Positions 19,453 through 30,100 of a stretch of 64,000 nucleotides of DNA are shown piece after piece. The translations under genes and the position numbers were made by a program. Every line of letters starts with the position of its first letter. The stretch's first letter is position 1. The stretch is from positions 1,056,001-1,120,000 of the forward strand of contig CAXXHO010000005.1 in assembly GCA_963667725.2 (NCBI GenBank), read 5' to 3'. The DNA comes from Treponemataceae bacterium (lineage in GTDB: Bacteria; Spirochaetota; Spirochaetia; Treponematales; Rectinemataceae). The notes beneath the pieces are model-generated. The model searched no databases, was not told the DNA's origin, and was given only the letters and a program-made list of their open reading frames with translations.

Positions 19453-20097
19453 ATGAAGCATTCACGGACAACGGCGATGGTCCTGTTCGCTTTTCTGATC
19501 ATATCGCCAGGCCTGTCCTTCGCCGCGGACGCGAAAGTCAACTCCTTGACCTGCGTCGGCATCTACTCCGAAACGAGCGCCGGCTATATAAGCTATCGGA
19601 ACGCCGGCAAGGGCGAATGGATCGTCGCCAAGGTCGGCGACCTCATACCGACGAGCGCCGAGATCCGCGTCAACGTCGACAGGGACTGGATCGAGCTGAT
19701 CCAGGCGGCCAAACCCAACGAAGTCTACGAGCTCACCGGCAGCGAGAAGGGCGAAGTGATCGCGAAGGTCGCCGACATCATCAAGGCCAAACCGCGCGCC
19801 GTCGGCTTTCCCAAGGGAACGGCTGCCAAACCCGACGCCGCCTTCAAGGACAAGCTCGTCGTCACCCAATACCTGGGAAGGCAGGTGTACAGGGCGGCCA
19901 GCGGGGAATCCAAGGACATAAAGTACGGCGATATCCTCGACATAAAGGGCAAGGTGAAGATCATCGCCATCAACAACACCCTCACCCTCATGAACGCGTC
20001 CGGCGCCGTTACCACGGTCATCGGCCCGCTCAACTTCAACGTGGAACAAGTTCTCAACAATAAAAGTCTTTACAAATATCTGAATGTCCAGAAATAG
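19453..20097 (+). CDS. Secreted hypothetical protein (beta-rich, two FecR-like half-repeats)
   Basis: AGGAG RBS, signal peptide, host-like codon usage. Confidence 0.7.
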   Translation: MKHSRTTAMVLFAFLIISPGLSFAADAKVNSLTCVGIYSETSAGYISYRNAGKGEWIVAKVGDLIPTSAEIRVNVDRDWIELIQAAKPNEVYELTGSEKGEVIAKVADIIKAKPRAVGFPKGTAAKPDAAFKDKLVVTQYLGRQVYRAASGESKDIKYGDILDIKGKVKIIAINNTLTLMNASGAVTTVIGPLNFNVEQVLNNKSLYKYLNVQK

Positions 20098-20176
20098 GCG
20101 AAAGGAGGAGGCGACCCGGAGAAGGGGAAGGTGCATGACGTCATTACGACGCAAGTTCAATACATGGAGGGTTTCA

Positions 20177-21154
20177 ATGAAAAACTGGAAAAAAGTCCTA
20201 GTACTGTTGCCGGCGATGCTGTTGATCTTCTCCGCATCGGCCTTCGCGGCTCCGCCCAAAACATGGGTCGTCGGTTTCGCCCAGATCGGCTCAGAAAGCG
20301 AGTGGAGAACAGCCGACACGATCTCGGTACAGAATGCCTTCAACGAGGATGAAAGCTTCATCCTGATCTATTCCGACGCCCAGCAGAAGCAGGAGAACCA
20401 GATCAAGGCGCTGCGCTCCTTCATCTCGAGGAAAGTGGACTGCATCGTGTTCACCGCCCTCGTCGAGACCGGCTACGGCCCCGTGCTTCAGGAAGCGAAG
20501 CGCGCCGGCATCCCCGTCATCATGATCGACCGCGACGTCCAAGAATCCGACAGGTCCCTGAGGCTCACGATCATGGGATCCAACTTCATCACGGAAGGCG
20601 AGAAAGCGGGCAACTGGCTCGCCGCCTACCTCAAACAGAAGGGCATGGACGACGGCAAGAAACCGATCAATATCGTGGAACTCCAGGGCACGACAGGCTC
20701 GGCTCCCGCCATCGAAAGGAAAACCGGCTTCGCGAACATCATGAAGCAGCATTCCAATTGGCAGCTCACCCGCTCCCAGACGGGCAACTTCACGAGCTCC
20801 GAGGGCAAGGCCGTCATGGAAGCCTTCCTGAAGGCCGACAAGACGATCCAGGTCCTCTATGCCCACAACGACCAGATGGCCTTGGGCGCTATTCAGGCCA
20901 TCAAGGAAGCCGGACTGAAGCCGGGCAAAGATATCATCATCATCGGCGTGGACGCCGTAAAAGGCGCTTTCGAGGCCATCGTCGCGGGCGAGATGAACTG
21001 CACGGTCGAGTGCAGCCCATTGCTCGGACCTCAGGCCGTACAGGCCGTGACCGACCTGCGCGACGGGAAGAAACTCCCCGCCCGCATCTACACGATCGAA
21101 GGTCTCTTCGACGAGACCAACGCCGCGGCGGCCCTGCCGACCAGGCAGTACTGA
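20177..21154 (+). CDS. ytfQ: Sugar ABC transporter substrate-binding protein (YtfQ/galactofuranose-arabinose type)
   Basis: VGFAQIGSESEWR, DAQQKQENQI and AHNDQMALGA motifs. Confidence 0.85.
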   Translation: MKNWKKVLVLLPAMLLIFSASAFAAPPKTWVVGFAQIGSESEWRTADTISVQNAFNEDESFILIYSDAQQKQENQIKALRSFISRKVDCIVFTALVETGYGPVLQEAKRAGIPVIMIDRDVQESDRSLRLTIMGSNFITEGEKAGNWLAAYLKQKGMDDGKKPINIVELQGTTGSAPAIERKTGFANIMKQHSNWQLTRSQTGNFTSSEGKAVMEAFLKADKTIQVLYAHNDQMALGAIQAIKEAGLKPGKDIIIIGVDAVKGAFEAIVAGEMNCTVECSPLLGPQAVQAVTDLRDGKKLPARIYTIEGLFDETNAAAALPTRQY

Positions 21155-21193
21155 CCTGCGTATTGATTTAGCGATGTATCGATAGTATATCCT

Positions 21194-21247
21194 GAAGGGA
21201 CAAGGTTGCCTCTCGCCGCAAGGGCGATGAGGAGGCTTTGTCCCTTC
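21194..21247 (+). other. Intergenic stem-loop after the binding-protein gene
   Basis: GAAGGGACAA...TTGTCCCTTC arms with internal pairing. Confidence 0.55.
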
Positions 21248-21279
21248 GTTTGCTGACTGTTTCAGCGGGAGGCATCCAA

Positions 21280-22824
21280 ATGTCCGACAACGCCCCAATC
21301 GTCGAGTTGAAGAAGATTTGCAAAACTTTTCCTGGCGTGAAAGCGTTGTCCAGCGTGGATTTTCGCCTTTTCCCGGGCGAGGTCCATGCCCTCATGGGGC
21401 AAAACGGAGCGGGAAAATCCACTCTGGTAAAGGTGCTCACCGGCGTATACCGCCAGGATTCAGGAGAGATTCTCCTCGAAGGCAAGCCGATCAGGCCGGA
21501 TTCGCCCCTCGCCGCGCAGAAACTGGGAATCAACACCGTCTATCAGGAAATCAACCTCTGCCTCAACCTCTCGGTGGCCGAGAATATCTTCATCGGCAGA
21601 GAGCCGAAGCGCCTCGGCCGGATTGACTGGAAGACCATGAACGGAAAGGCCGAGGAAGTCCTGAAACGGCTCAACATCAACATCGACGTGACGAAGATAC
21701 TGTCTTCCTATTCGATCGCCGTACAGCAAATGGTGGCCATTTCCCGTGTCCTCGATTCGTCCTCCAAGGTTCTCATCCTCGACGAGCCAACGTCGAGCCT
21801 CGACGAGACCGAAGTCGCGCAACTTTTCAAGGTGATAAAGAAGTTGCGCGACGAAGGAATGGCCATCCTTTTCATCACCCACTTTTTGGATCAGACGTAC
21901 CAGATTTCCGACAGGATCACCGTGCTGAAGAACGGCGAGTTCGTGGGGGAATACGAGACGGGGAACCTGCCCAAACTGGAGCTGATCGCCAAGATGCTCG
22001 GCAAGGAACTCTCTGAATTCAGTTATACGACGAGCGGGGCGCGGGAGAAGAAACCCGATACGGCCGATGATACGGCCGCCGGGACCGCCGACGATACGGC
22101 GCCCCTTCTCGAGGCGAAGAACCTCGGCCTGCGCGGCTCTATCGCGCCCTTCGACATCGCGCTCCGCGAGGGCGACGTGCTCGGCTTCGCGGGGCTCCTG
22201 GGCTCGGGGCGGACGGAGACGGCGAGACTTCTCTTCGGCATCGACTCCGCCGACCAGGGCGACCTGGCCGTGAAAGGGAAAAAGGCCGGCATCAGCTCGC
22301 CGAGGGGAGCGATGATGGCCGGCATGGGCTTCTGCTCGGAGGACAGGAAGAACGAAGGGATCTTCGCCGAACTTTCGATACGCGAGAACATCATCCTCGC
22401 GCTCCAGGCGAAGATGGGCGCGTCGAAATATCTTTCGACGAAAAAACAGCTGGAAATCGCCGAGGAACTTATAGCGTCGCTGAGGATCGTCACGCCGAGC
22501 GCCAACGGCGAGGCCAAACAGCTCTCAGGCGGCAACCAGCAGAAGCTGCTGCTGGCTCGCTGGCTCTGCACCAATCCCTTAATCCTCATCCTCGACGAGC
22601 CCACCCGCGGCATCGACGTGGGCGCGAAACTCGAAATCATGGAGCAGATACTCAACCTGAGCAGGAAAGGCCTAGGGGTCGTCTTCATATCGTCGGAGTT
22701 CGAGGAACTGCTGCGCTGCAGCACGAAAATTGCCGTTTTCAGGGACAAGGTGAAGATCGCTGAACTCGAGGGAGAGGACATGAACGAGAGGACCATCATG
22801 CAGACTATCGCGGGAGGCAGATGA
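21280..22824 (+). CDS. ytfR: Sugar ABC transporter ATP-binding protein (two ABC domains)
   Basis: GQNGAGKST, LSGGNQQK and DEPTRGIDVGAK motifs. Confidence 0.9.
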   Translation: MSDNAPIVELKKICKTFPGVKALSSVDFRLFPGEVHALMGQNGAGKSTLVKVLTGVYRQDSGEILLEGKPIRPDSPLAAQKLGINTVYQEINLCLNLSVAENIFIGREPKRLGRIDWKTMNGKAEEVLKRLNINIDVTKILSSYSIAVQQMVAISRVLDSSSKVLILDEPTSSLDETEVAQLFKVIKKLRDEGMAILFITHFLDQTYQISDRITVLKNGEFVGEYETGNLPKLELIAKMLGKELSEFSYTTSGAREKKPDTADDTAAGTADDTAPLLEAKNLGLRGSIAPFDIALREGDVLGFAGLLGSGRTETARLLFGIDSADQGDLAVKGKKAGISSPRGAMMAGMGFCSEDRKNEGIFAELSIRENIILALQAKMGASKYLSTKKQLEIAEELIASLRIVTPSANGEAKQLSGGNQQKLLLARWLCTNPLILILDEPTRGIDVGAKLEIMEQILNLSRKGLGVVFISSEFEELLRCSTKIAVFRDKVKIAELEGEDMNERTIMQTIAGGR

Positions 22825-23849
22825 ACATGGCTTGGCTGAATACCCTGACGCGCAGGAAGATCTTCTGGCCGCTGGTTGCCCTCGCCTTCCTTCTCGCTTT
22901 CAATCTCTTTTTCACCCCCAACTTCTTCAGCGTCGAGATAAAACAGGGCCACCTCTACGGCAATGTCATCGACATCCTGAAGAACGGCGCGCCGATCATG
23001 CTTCTGGCCGTCGGCTTGACCCTCGTCATCGCGACGAAGGGCATCGACATCTCGGTGGGATCGGTAGTGGCCATTTCGGCTGGCGTCGTGGCCATGCTGA
23101 TAGGCGGCGACCTCAAGGGCAACCCCAAGTACCCCATCGCCTTCGCGATGTCGGCAGCCGTGCTTGTGTCGGTCGCCGCGGGCATGTGGAACGGCATGCT
23201 CGTCTCCTGGGTGGGAATGCAGCCCATCATCGCGACCCTGATCCTCTCGGTGGCGGGGCGAGGCATAGCGATGGTCACCACCAACGCCATGGTCGTCTGG
23301 CTCTACGCCAAACCCTTCGCCCTTCTCGGGCAAGGCTACCTGCTGGGCCTGCCCTTTTCGATCTATATGGTGGCCGTCCTCCTTTTGCTGACATGGCTGG
23401 CCACGCGGCGGACAGCCCTCGGCCTCTTCATCGAGGCTGTGGGCATCAACCCAACCGCCTCGCGCTTCGCGGGCATCAACGCGAAAAACCTCATCTTCTG
23501 GGTCTACGCCTTTTCGGGATTCTGCGCGGGCGTATCGGGCCTCGTCGTCTGCTCTACCGTTATGAGCGCCGACGGGAACAACGCCGGCCTCGGCTATGAA
23601 ATGGACGCGATACTGGCCGTCGTCATAGGCGGAACCTCCATGAACGGAGGGAAATTCTATCTTTTCGGCTCTATGGTGGGCGCGCTGATCGTCCAGACCC
23701 TGACGACGACCATCTACGCCTTCAATGTCCCGCCCGAGATAGCCCAGGTGGTGAAGGCCCTCGTCGTGTGGACCGTCAGCCTCCTCCAGTCGGCCAGCTT
23801 CCGGGCCAAGGTCGCGGGACTATTCGGCAAGAGGGAGGTGGCGGCATGA
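22821..23849 (+). CDS. ytfT: Sugar ABC transporter permease
   Basis: GIDISVG and ADGNNAGLGYEMDAILAVVIGGT motifs. Confidence 0.85.
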   Translation: MNMAWLNTLTRRKIFWPLVALAFLLAFNLFFTPNFFSVEIKQGHLYGNVIDILKNGAPIMLLAVGLTLVIATKGIDISVGSVVAISAGVVAMLIGGDLKGNPKYPIAFAMSAAVLVSVAAGMWNGMLVSWVGMQPIIATLILSVAGRGIAMVTTNAMVVWLYAKPFALLGQGYLLGLPFSIYMVAVLLLLTWLATRRTALGLFIEAVGINPTASRFAGINAKNLIFWVYAFSGFCAGVSGLVVCSTVMSADGNNAGLGYEMDAILAVVIGGTSMNGGKFYLFGSMVGALIVQTLTTTIYAFNVPPEIAQVVKALVVWTVSLLQSASFRAKVAGLFGKREVAA

Positions 23850-24850
23850 AGCTAAAATCCCTCTTCAGCCCGAAAAACCTGCCCACCATCGTGACTCTCG
23901 GCCTCTTCGTCCTCATGTTCGGTCTGGGATCGGTCTCTTTCAGAGGCTTCTTTTCCCTTCAGAACTTCCTCAATCTCTTCATCGACAACGCCTACCTCAT
24001 CATCATCGCCGTGGGGATGACCTTCGTCATCATCTCGGGGGGCATCGACCTTTCGGTCGGCTCCATGCTCGCCCTCTCCACGATGGTGACGTCGAGTCTC
24101 CTGGAAAAATCCCGCTGGGACCCCCTCTACGTAATCCCCGTCGTCCTTTTGATGGGTGTGGCGCTGGGGCTCTTCATGGGCTGGCTCATCCAAACCTTCG
24201 ACATACCGCCCTTCATCATCACGCTGGCGGGGCTCTACCTCGCCAGAGGGCTCTGCTACGTGGTGAGCATCGACACGATTGGCATTACTCACCCCTTCTG
24301 GCAGGCCATGGCGAGCTCCGCGATCCCGATCTCTGGGAACAGCTTCATCTCGCCGAGCGTTATCGTCGCCGTCGTCATCCTGATAGCGGGAATGTACGTT
24401 TCGCGCTTTACGAAATTCGGACGGACGGTCTTCGCCATAGGCGGCAACGAACAGTCGGCCGTGCTGATGGGCCTACCGGTGGCGCGGACAAAAATCCTCC
24501 TCTATGCTTTCTCGGGCTTCTGCTCGGCGCTGGCGGGCATCGTCTTCACCTTCTATACGCTCTCCGGCTACGCCTTGAACGGAAGAGGCATGGAAATGGA
24601 CGCGATCGCGACGGTGGTGATAGGCGGAACCCTCCTCTCCGGAGGCGTGGGAAGCGTCCTCGGAACCCTCTTCGGCGTCTTCGTCTACGGGACAATTCAG
24701 GTGCTGATCGTCTTCCAGGGAACGCTCAACTCCTGGTGGACGCGCATCGCGATCGGTTTCCTGGTATTCGTTTTCTGCCTGCTGCAGAGGCTGTTTGAGG
24801 TGAGGAAGGGGGGCAGGAAGAGGAAGGACAAGGCTGCTGCGGGCGGATGA
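23846..24850 (+). CDS. yjfF: Sugar ABC transporter permease
   Basis: GGIDLSVGS and FGRTVFAIGGNEQSA motifs; ATGA overlap with the previous gene. Confidence 0.85.
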   Translation: MKLKSLFSPKNLPTIVTLGLFVLMFGLGSVSFRGFFSLQNFLNLFIDNAYLIIIAVGMTFVIISGGIDLSVGSMLALSTMVTSSLLEKSRWDPLYVIPVVLLMGVALGLFMGWLIQTFDIPPFIITLAGLYLARGLCYVVSIDTIGITHPFWQAMASSAIPISGNSFISPSVIVAVVILIAGMYVSRFTKFGRTVFAIGGNEQSAVLMGLPVARTKILLYAFSGFCSALAGIVFTFYTLSGYALNGRGMEMDAIATVVIGGTLLSGGVGSVLGTLFGVFVYGTIQVLIVFQGTLNSWWTRIAIGFLVFVFCLLQRLFEVRKGGRKRKDKAAAGG

Positions 24851-24882
24851 AAAACTGCTAATCTTGATGATATCGAATAAGG

Positions 24883-27000
24883 TTAAGTCCCATTTAGGGA
24901 GTTAGTTTGTCTCATATCATCCAAATATTCTGATCCAGGGTCTACGCTGGTCACAAGCAAATAATCTCTTGCACGGGTGCATGCAACATAGAGCAGATGG
25001 CGTTCGGTGTCATATACTTCCTGCAGATCGGATTCATCGCTCACTTGTTCGATGCGTTCCTGTAAGGGGATCACTTCGTCATCGCAGGCCATTACGACTA
25101 CGGCACGGAACTCCAGACCCTTGGCGAGGTTCATGGTGCCGATGGAAGCAAAACCACTGACAAGATCAACATGATCATCAAGGATTTTACAGGGCATGCC
25201 GATTTTATCGACAGCCGACTGCGCCCGTTCTATTTGGGCGATTGATCGGACAAATATACCGATTTCATGAGGATGAAGACCCTCATCCTGTCGTTTGGTG
25301 AGCCATTCGGCGATAATATCGATTTCCTCGGGTTCGCTTTTGAGCGAGAGGATGGTTGGAGCGGGACCGTTGAAAACGGAGACGGTATCGTGTCTATCCT
25401 CGCGGTTGCCATCGATATCGGTGAGCACTGGGTCGAGGAGTCGGTCGGCTTGGGAACGGATTTGATGCGATGTCCGATAATTGACGCGTAATGTTTTGGA
25501 GCGACCGCGTATGTCGACGCCGAGCGATTTCCAGGAAAAGGGCTGCTGGAATATACGCTGTCCTTGGTCGCCTGCAAAGAAAAGGGCGTTTGGTCTGCCT
25601 CCACCCAAGGCCGCGAGGAATTTCAGATGGGCGACACCGATATCCTGAGCTTCATCAACCACTATGTAATCAAATGGGATCTTCTTTGAAACGATGAGCG
25701 CTTCCGCAAGTTTTGTGAAGAGTTCCGCAAGAGTAATCTGCCTTCGCGATTTCAATCCTTCACGGACTTTCTCAAAAAGTGACCACACTATCGATCGCTG
25801 GGCTTCCGATATCCGCGTCTTTCTCCCTAAACGAGCGACCTGTCTATACGAATCCCAGTCACGTACCTGCCATGCATCGACGATTTGCTTCCATTCGTCG
25901 AGCAGAAAATGCGGACTGAATTTTTGCCCTTCAAGCGTCAGTGAAGCCTCTTTCAACAAAGCTTTCACTGTTTCTCTGCTGGCAAGCGAGTACTTTCCAA
26001 TATTCGAGCCATAGAGACGACAGCCGATAGCATCGAGGGAATATACATCGATTCTTTCTGCCAGCGACGGCGTAGCGCCTATTAAGCGTCGCAATTTGGT
26101 CTTGAGCGCGTTAGCGAGGGGATCAGAAAAGGTTGTCAGAAGTACGCGGGCTTCGGGATTCTTTTGGGCCAAATAGACAGCTCGATGCAGTGCGACAATG
26201 GTTTTGCCGGTTCCGGCGGAGCCCGATACTCTCGCTGGACCGGAATAATCGCGTTCAACAATCTGACGCTGTTCGGGATGAAGAAATACTGTCCATTTCT
26301 CCCAGGGATATTCAAGAGCGCGCTGTAACTCTTCCACGTTGGACATCACGCGGAAGCGGCGCTGGGCATCGGGGTGCTCGAAGGGATTGGCGGTAACAGT
26401 CAATGGTTCCGGTACGCGAGGTTTGCCGCCAGTGGCCAGCTCGAGCAAAGCCTCGGAGGCTTCCGCGGGCAGGTGATCGGTCAAAGCCAGTAAAGTCTCT
26501 TCCGTTGCCATTTTAACATCGGCAAGCCACTCTGTTGGAATGCCGTAGCTGAGGAGCACATCATCCGAAACTTGCGCGAAAAGAGGGGCTTTTATGGGTG
26601 AAGGCTTGTTTCCTGCTTCGATCGTAGGCTCGATATACAACGGAACGAGAACTTCCTTCACCGTCTCGCGGATCTCGACCAACTGCGCGGCGCCTGTAGT
26701 AGGATGCATCTCCAACTTGCGGCGTTCCGCCCAGCTATAGGCTTTGTCATGATGATCGACATAGCAAAGCAAAAGACTTGATTCGCTTTTATGAATGATG
26801 AGGCGAATATCGGCGTTTACTCGCACTGACCAGAAATTCTTGTCTTTAGCATTTTCCAGTTTATGAAAGCTCATGCCGGGACTGGCTGGGTTGAGCTGTA
26901 AGTCAAAGGCAGTAGTCTTGGCTGCTTTTTGCTCATCGCCGGAGAGCCTGGCGAGGCTGTCGGTGAAGGTATCGGCAATTAGAAAGGTCATGAATGCCAT
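24883..27000 (-). CDS. SF1 (UvrD-like) helicase with N-terminal RelE/ParE-like domain
   Basis: GSAGTGKT, VDEAQD, GDQGQRI, NYRT, KGLEF and LYVACTRA motifs; N-terminal WSVRVNADIRLIIH...YVDHHDKAY. Confidence 0.88.
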   Translation of the reverse strand: MAFMTFLIADTFTDSLARLSGDEQKAAKTTAFDLQLNPASPGMSFHKLENAKDKNFWSVRVNADIRLIIHKSESSLLLCYVDHHDKAYSWAERRKLEMHPTTGAAQLVEIRETVKEVLVPLYIEPTIEAGNKPSPIKAPLFAQVSDDVLLSYGIPTEWLADVKMATEETLLALTDHLPAEASEALLELATGGKPRVPEPLTVTANPFEHPDAQRRFRVMSNVEELQRALEYPWEKWTVFLHPEQRQIVERDYSGPARVSGSAGTGKTIVALHRAVYLAQKNPEARVLLTTFSDPLANALKTKLRRLIGATPSLAERIDVYSLDAIGCRLYGSNIGKYSLASRETVKALLKEASLTLEGQKFSPHFLLDEWKQIVDAWQVRDWDSYRQVARLGRKTRISEAQRSIVWSLFEKVREGLKSRRQITLAELFTKLAEALIVSKKIPFDYIVVDEAQDIGVAHLKFLAALGGGRPNALFFAGDQGQRIFQQPFSWKSLGVDIRGRSKTLRVNYRTSHQIRSQADRLLDPVLTDIDGNREDRHDTVSVFNGPAPTILSLKSEPEEIDIIAEWLTKRQDEGLHPHEIGIFVRSIAQIERAQSAVDKIGMPCKILDDHVDLVSGFASIGTMNLAKGLEFRAVVVMACDDEVIPLQERIEQVSDESDLQEVYDTERHLLYVACTRARDYLLVTSVDPGSEYLDDMRQTNSLNGT

Positions 27001-27105
27001 TTAATTCCTCTACATAAAGTTTTTCTAATAACTATTCTACTATTTAGAAATGCAAATAAATCTTTCCTAATACCTACATTTGCTTCACTCTCTGTCAATC
27101 AAAAG

Positions 27106-30100
27106 CTAATTATCTTTATCATTAGCGGAACGTAGCGACTTAATCCATAGTTTTAAGCCTGGAAACCAATGTCCAATATCCCATAACACAAGCTTTGCTA
27201 TGGACGTCGTTACCAAACCAACGAAGACTTTTGAAGCGGCATTTAAAATAGCACTCCATAGTGCGCTACTAAGCAATGCAGGCTTTGCATATTCACAAGT
27301 CATAAGTAACAAGAAAGTTGTAGTAGCGAATAATCCATCGTATAGTAGCATCATTTTCCCAGAGTAGAGATATGACAGCTTAAATCCAAATAAATTACCG
27401 GACTTTAGATCAGAAAGAAGCGAATTGAGCCCTTCATCTGGAATGACCAGACTCACAATAGTATTTGAATGTAAATCCCATGAACAATGGTACTTGCTAA
27501 AAGGAAATCTGTTTGTGAGAGGAAATCCAGATAGCGAAAGTTTTTTTACGATCATACTTCTATGAAAGAACGATTTGCACTTGATATCAGGAGGGAAATA
27601 ATTCTGGCCGTTGGCAACCCCAAAATTTCGTTTTATTCGTAAATACTTTCTAATGTTTTTAAAATCACGTGCAAGAATTTTTATTTCTTCACCTAAGTGA
27701 ATACCACTACTTGTTTGAATTATTTCATCATTGTTCTGTAATGCTTCCAATGCCGATTTAACATGTAGCTCGAGTTCATCTTCTATTCGTGGAATTCTAA
27801 TCAAACAAGCGTGAGCCAAGTTCTTGAATACTAGTTTTGGTATAATTCCACCATCGCTGATCTGCATACTGTTATTTTCAACATGAACTTCGAAGAAAAG
27901 GAGAATTCGTAGCATTATCAAACTGAGGGTAGGAGCCCATACATCTTGATTTTCTTCATATTTAGTTTCTATAGGATAAAGCGCTTTTGCCTGTAAAATT
28001 TCTGACTGTCTATAATCTCTTTCATAGCCAGCAGCATTAACGTGAATAAGTTCGCAAGAAGCTGGAATTTCTATTCTATTTAGATCTATTTTTTTATGTA
28101 GACATGTACTTAATGTCAAGGTTTCAATGCTAACAATCGAAAAAAGCATTAGATGAATTATCAGATCTAAATAATTCGAATCAAGGATACTTTCAATTGA
28201 CTTGCATTTAAGGTTCATGGTCATGTTTAAAAGCTGTCTACTAATCCAATGGAGCTGTCTTATCGGTGAAGTTGATAGTACGAGACGATTCCGATATGGA
28301 AATATTTGAATTGTCTCACGATTGCAGGCCTCACGAAGATGAGAGGCTTGGTCACTGACCGTACCTAATACTCCATACCATGATATATAGCTATTATATC
28401 GCTTATATAAGGACGCCTTTAATCTTTCTTTCATGTATAGGTTTAAAAATTGATCTTTGCCTTCTTTTGAAGCAATGATTAACTGTTCAATAATATATTC
28501 AAAGCGAGCACATGAGTATGCATCAGAAGAAGCTCTTGCAGACATATTCTTAATAAATAAAGATAGAAAGGACTCAATTCCTGAGTGGTCTTTCTTCAGA
28601 TATTCTTTTAATGAATGTGCATCACAAAACAGAAGGCTTGATAAAAACATCCCAACCATTCTAGATATGTCTGCTTCTTCGTCACCAATTGCGACTCCAT
28701 CAATTAGATAGGGTGAACGAAGACTCTTCCCAAGGGTTCTAAATACTATCGTATCGCCACTTTCATTTATTAGTAGATTGTCAGCTTGGATAAGCGGCGC
28801 TTTATTAATAACCCGATAGAAGTAACATGCTTTTTTATAGACCTGTACAGCAATACGTAACGCATACAGAATTGATTCGCTATTTAATTGAAAATCACTC
28901 TTTGAAAAAAGCTTTAGTCCTTTTGTATGTAAATATTTTAAATTAATTTCATCACTTCCACTATCATAAAGAAATAAGAGTGTTGGAAGAACTTTCTTTT
29001 CGGATAAATCCTCAAGTGCAATTTTAATGCTATCTAGATCATGTGGAATATACTGTTTAAATTTAGAGACAGGAATAAGCTCAAGACAATCATATTCTGC
29101 AGACTGGCCGATATATTCAAAAAGAAAACATTCATTGTATCTATCAAGATCTTTATGTGATTTAATAAAAGAACTTCCTTCAGAATCAGGGAAGGCATCA
29201 CCTAAAATGCGCACAAGACCTAATTTAAGAACACGTTTTATTTCTTGATCAGGAATTTGGTCATAGAGAGCCTTTAAATTTTCAATTTGGCTGCGTCCGG
29301 CTTCTGAACGTAAATCGAATAATTTTGTACTTAGTATTGAGATGATAGATGGTTTCAATTTTGGATATAAGCCAATAAACTTTAGCATGTGATCAAGTAA
29401 GTCGGACCAATTGCTAGCCGATATAATAGCAGAGCACACCGTAGGCAGAATTATTTCGTCTCCATTTTCTATTATATTGCAAAGATACTTTCCGTCTAAA
29501 TAAGTTTGTTGACTATTGCTCAGAGTCCCTAACAAAATGGATTTTATATAGCTTTTGCATTTAGGATTTACTAGTTCCCTAATAGCGGCCTTTTCATCAT
29601 ATCCAAGGGATAGGTATGAAAACTCGCCAATCCATTTCCCAATTAAAAAATGTTCATCTGCTGGTACGTATCTCTTGATATATGTAACAGATGATAAGCA
29701 AAGTTTTTCGTTTAGGTTAAGTCTATTGCCGATAGCAATTGCAAATCCACGTAGAAATACATACTCATCTTGGACAGCTTTCGTTGTTAATGCTTCAAGC
29801 AACTTTTCATGATTTCCACTTGATAAGTAAGCCCCGTAAAGGCTTAATATGAAATAGACCTTATGTACTGGCTGCATTAAATTATATAGATCAATTAGCT
29901 CTTTATCGTTTGGACTTAGCTCAAGGAGACGATAGAAGACCATTTTTAGTTTCTTAGGATAGAACCAGTTACGCTCAATTAAGTAATTAACAATTGCCCA
30001 TACTTTCCCTCGAAGCGGATGTGAAATAAGCGATTTTTCTGTAACAACATAAAGGAGTGAAGGCATATAGCAATTTAGTTCAAGGAGTTCATCAATTGTA

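Noticed and set aside
27001..27105. ncRNA between the RT and uvrD genes
   Set aside because: Only short AT-rich inverted repeats (TTTCTAA/TTAGAAA, GCAAAT/ATTTGC), expected by chance at this composition; covariance analysis would be needed
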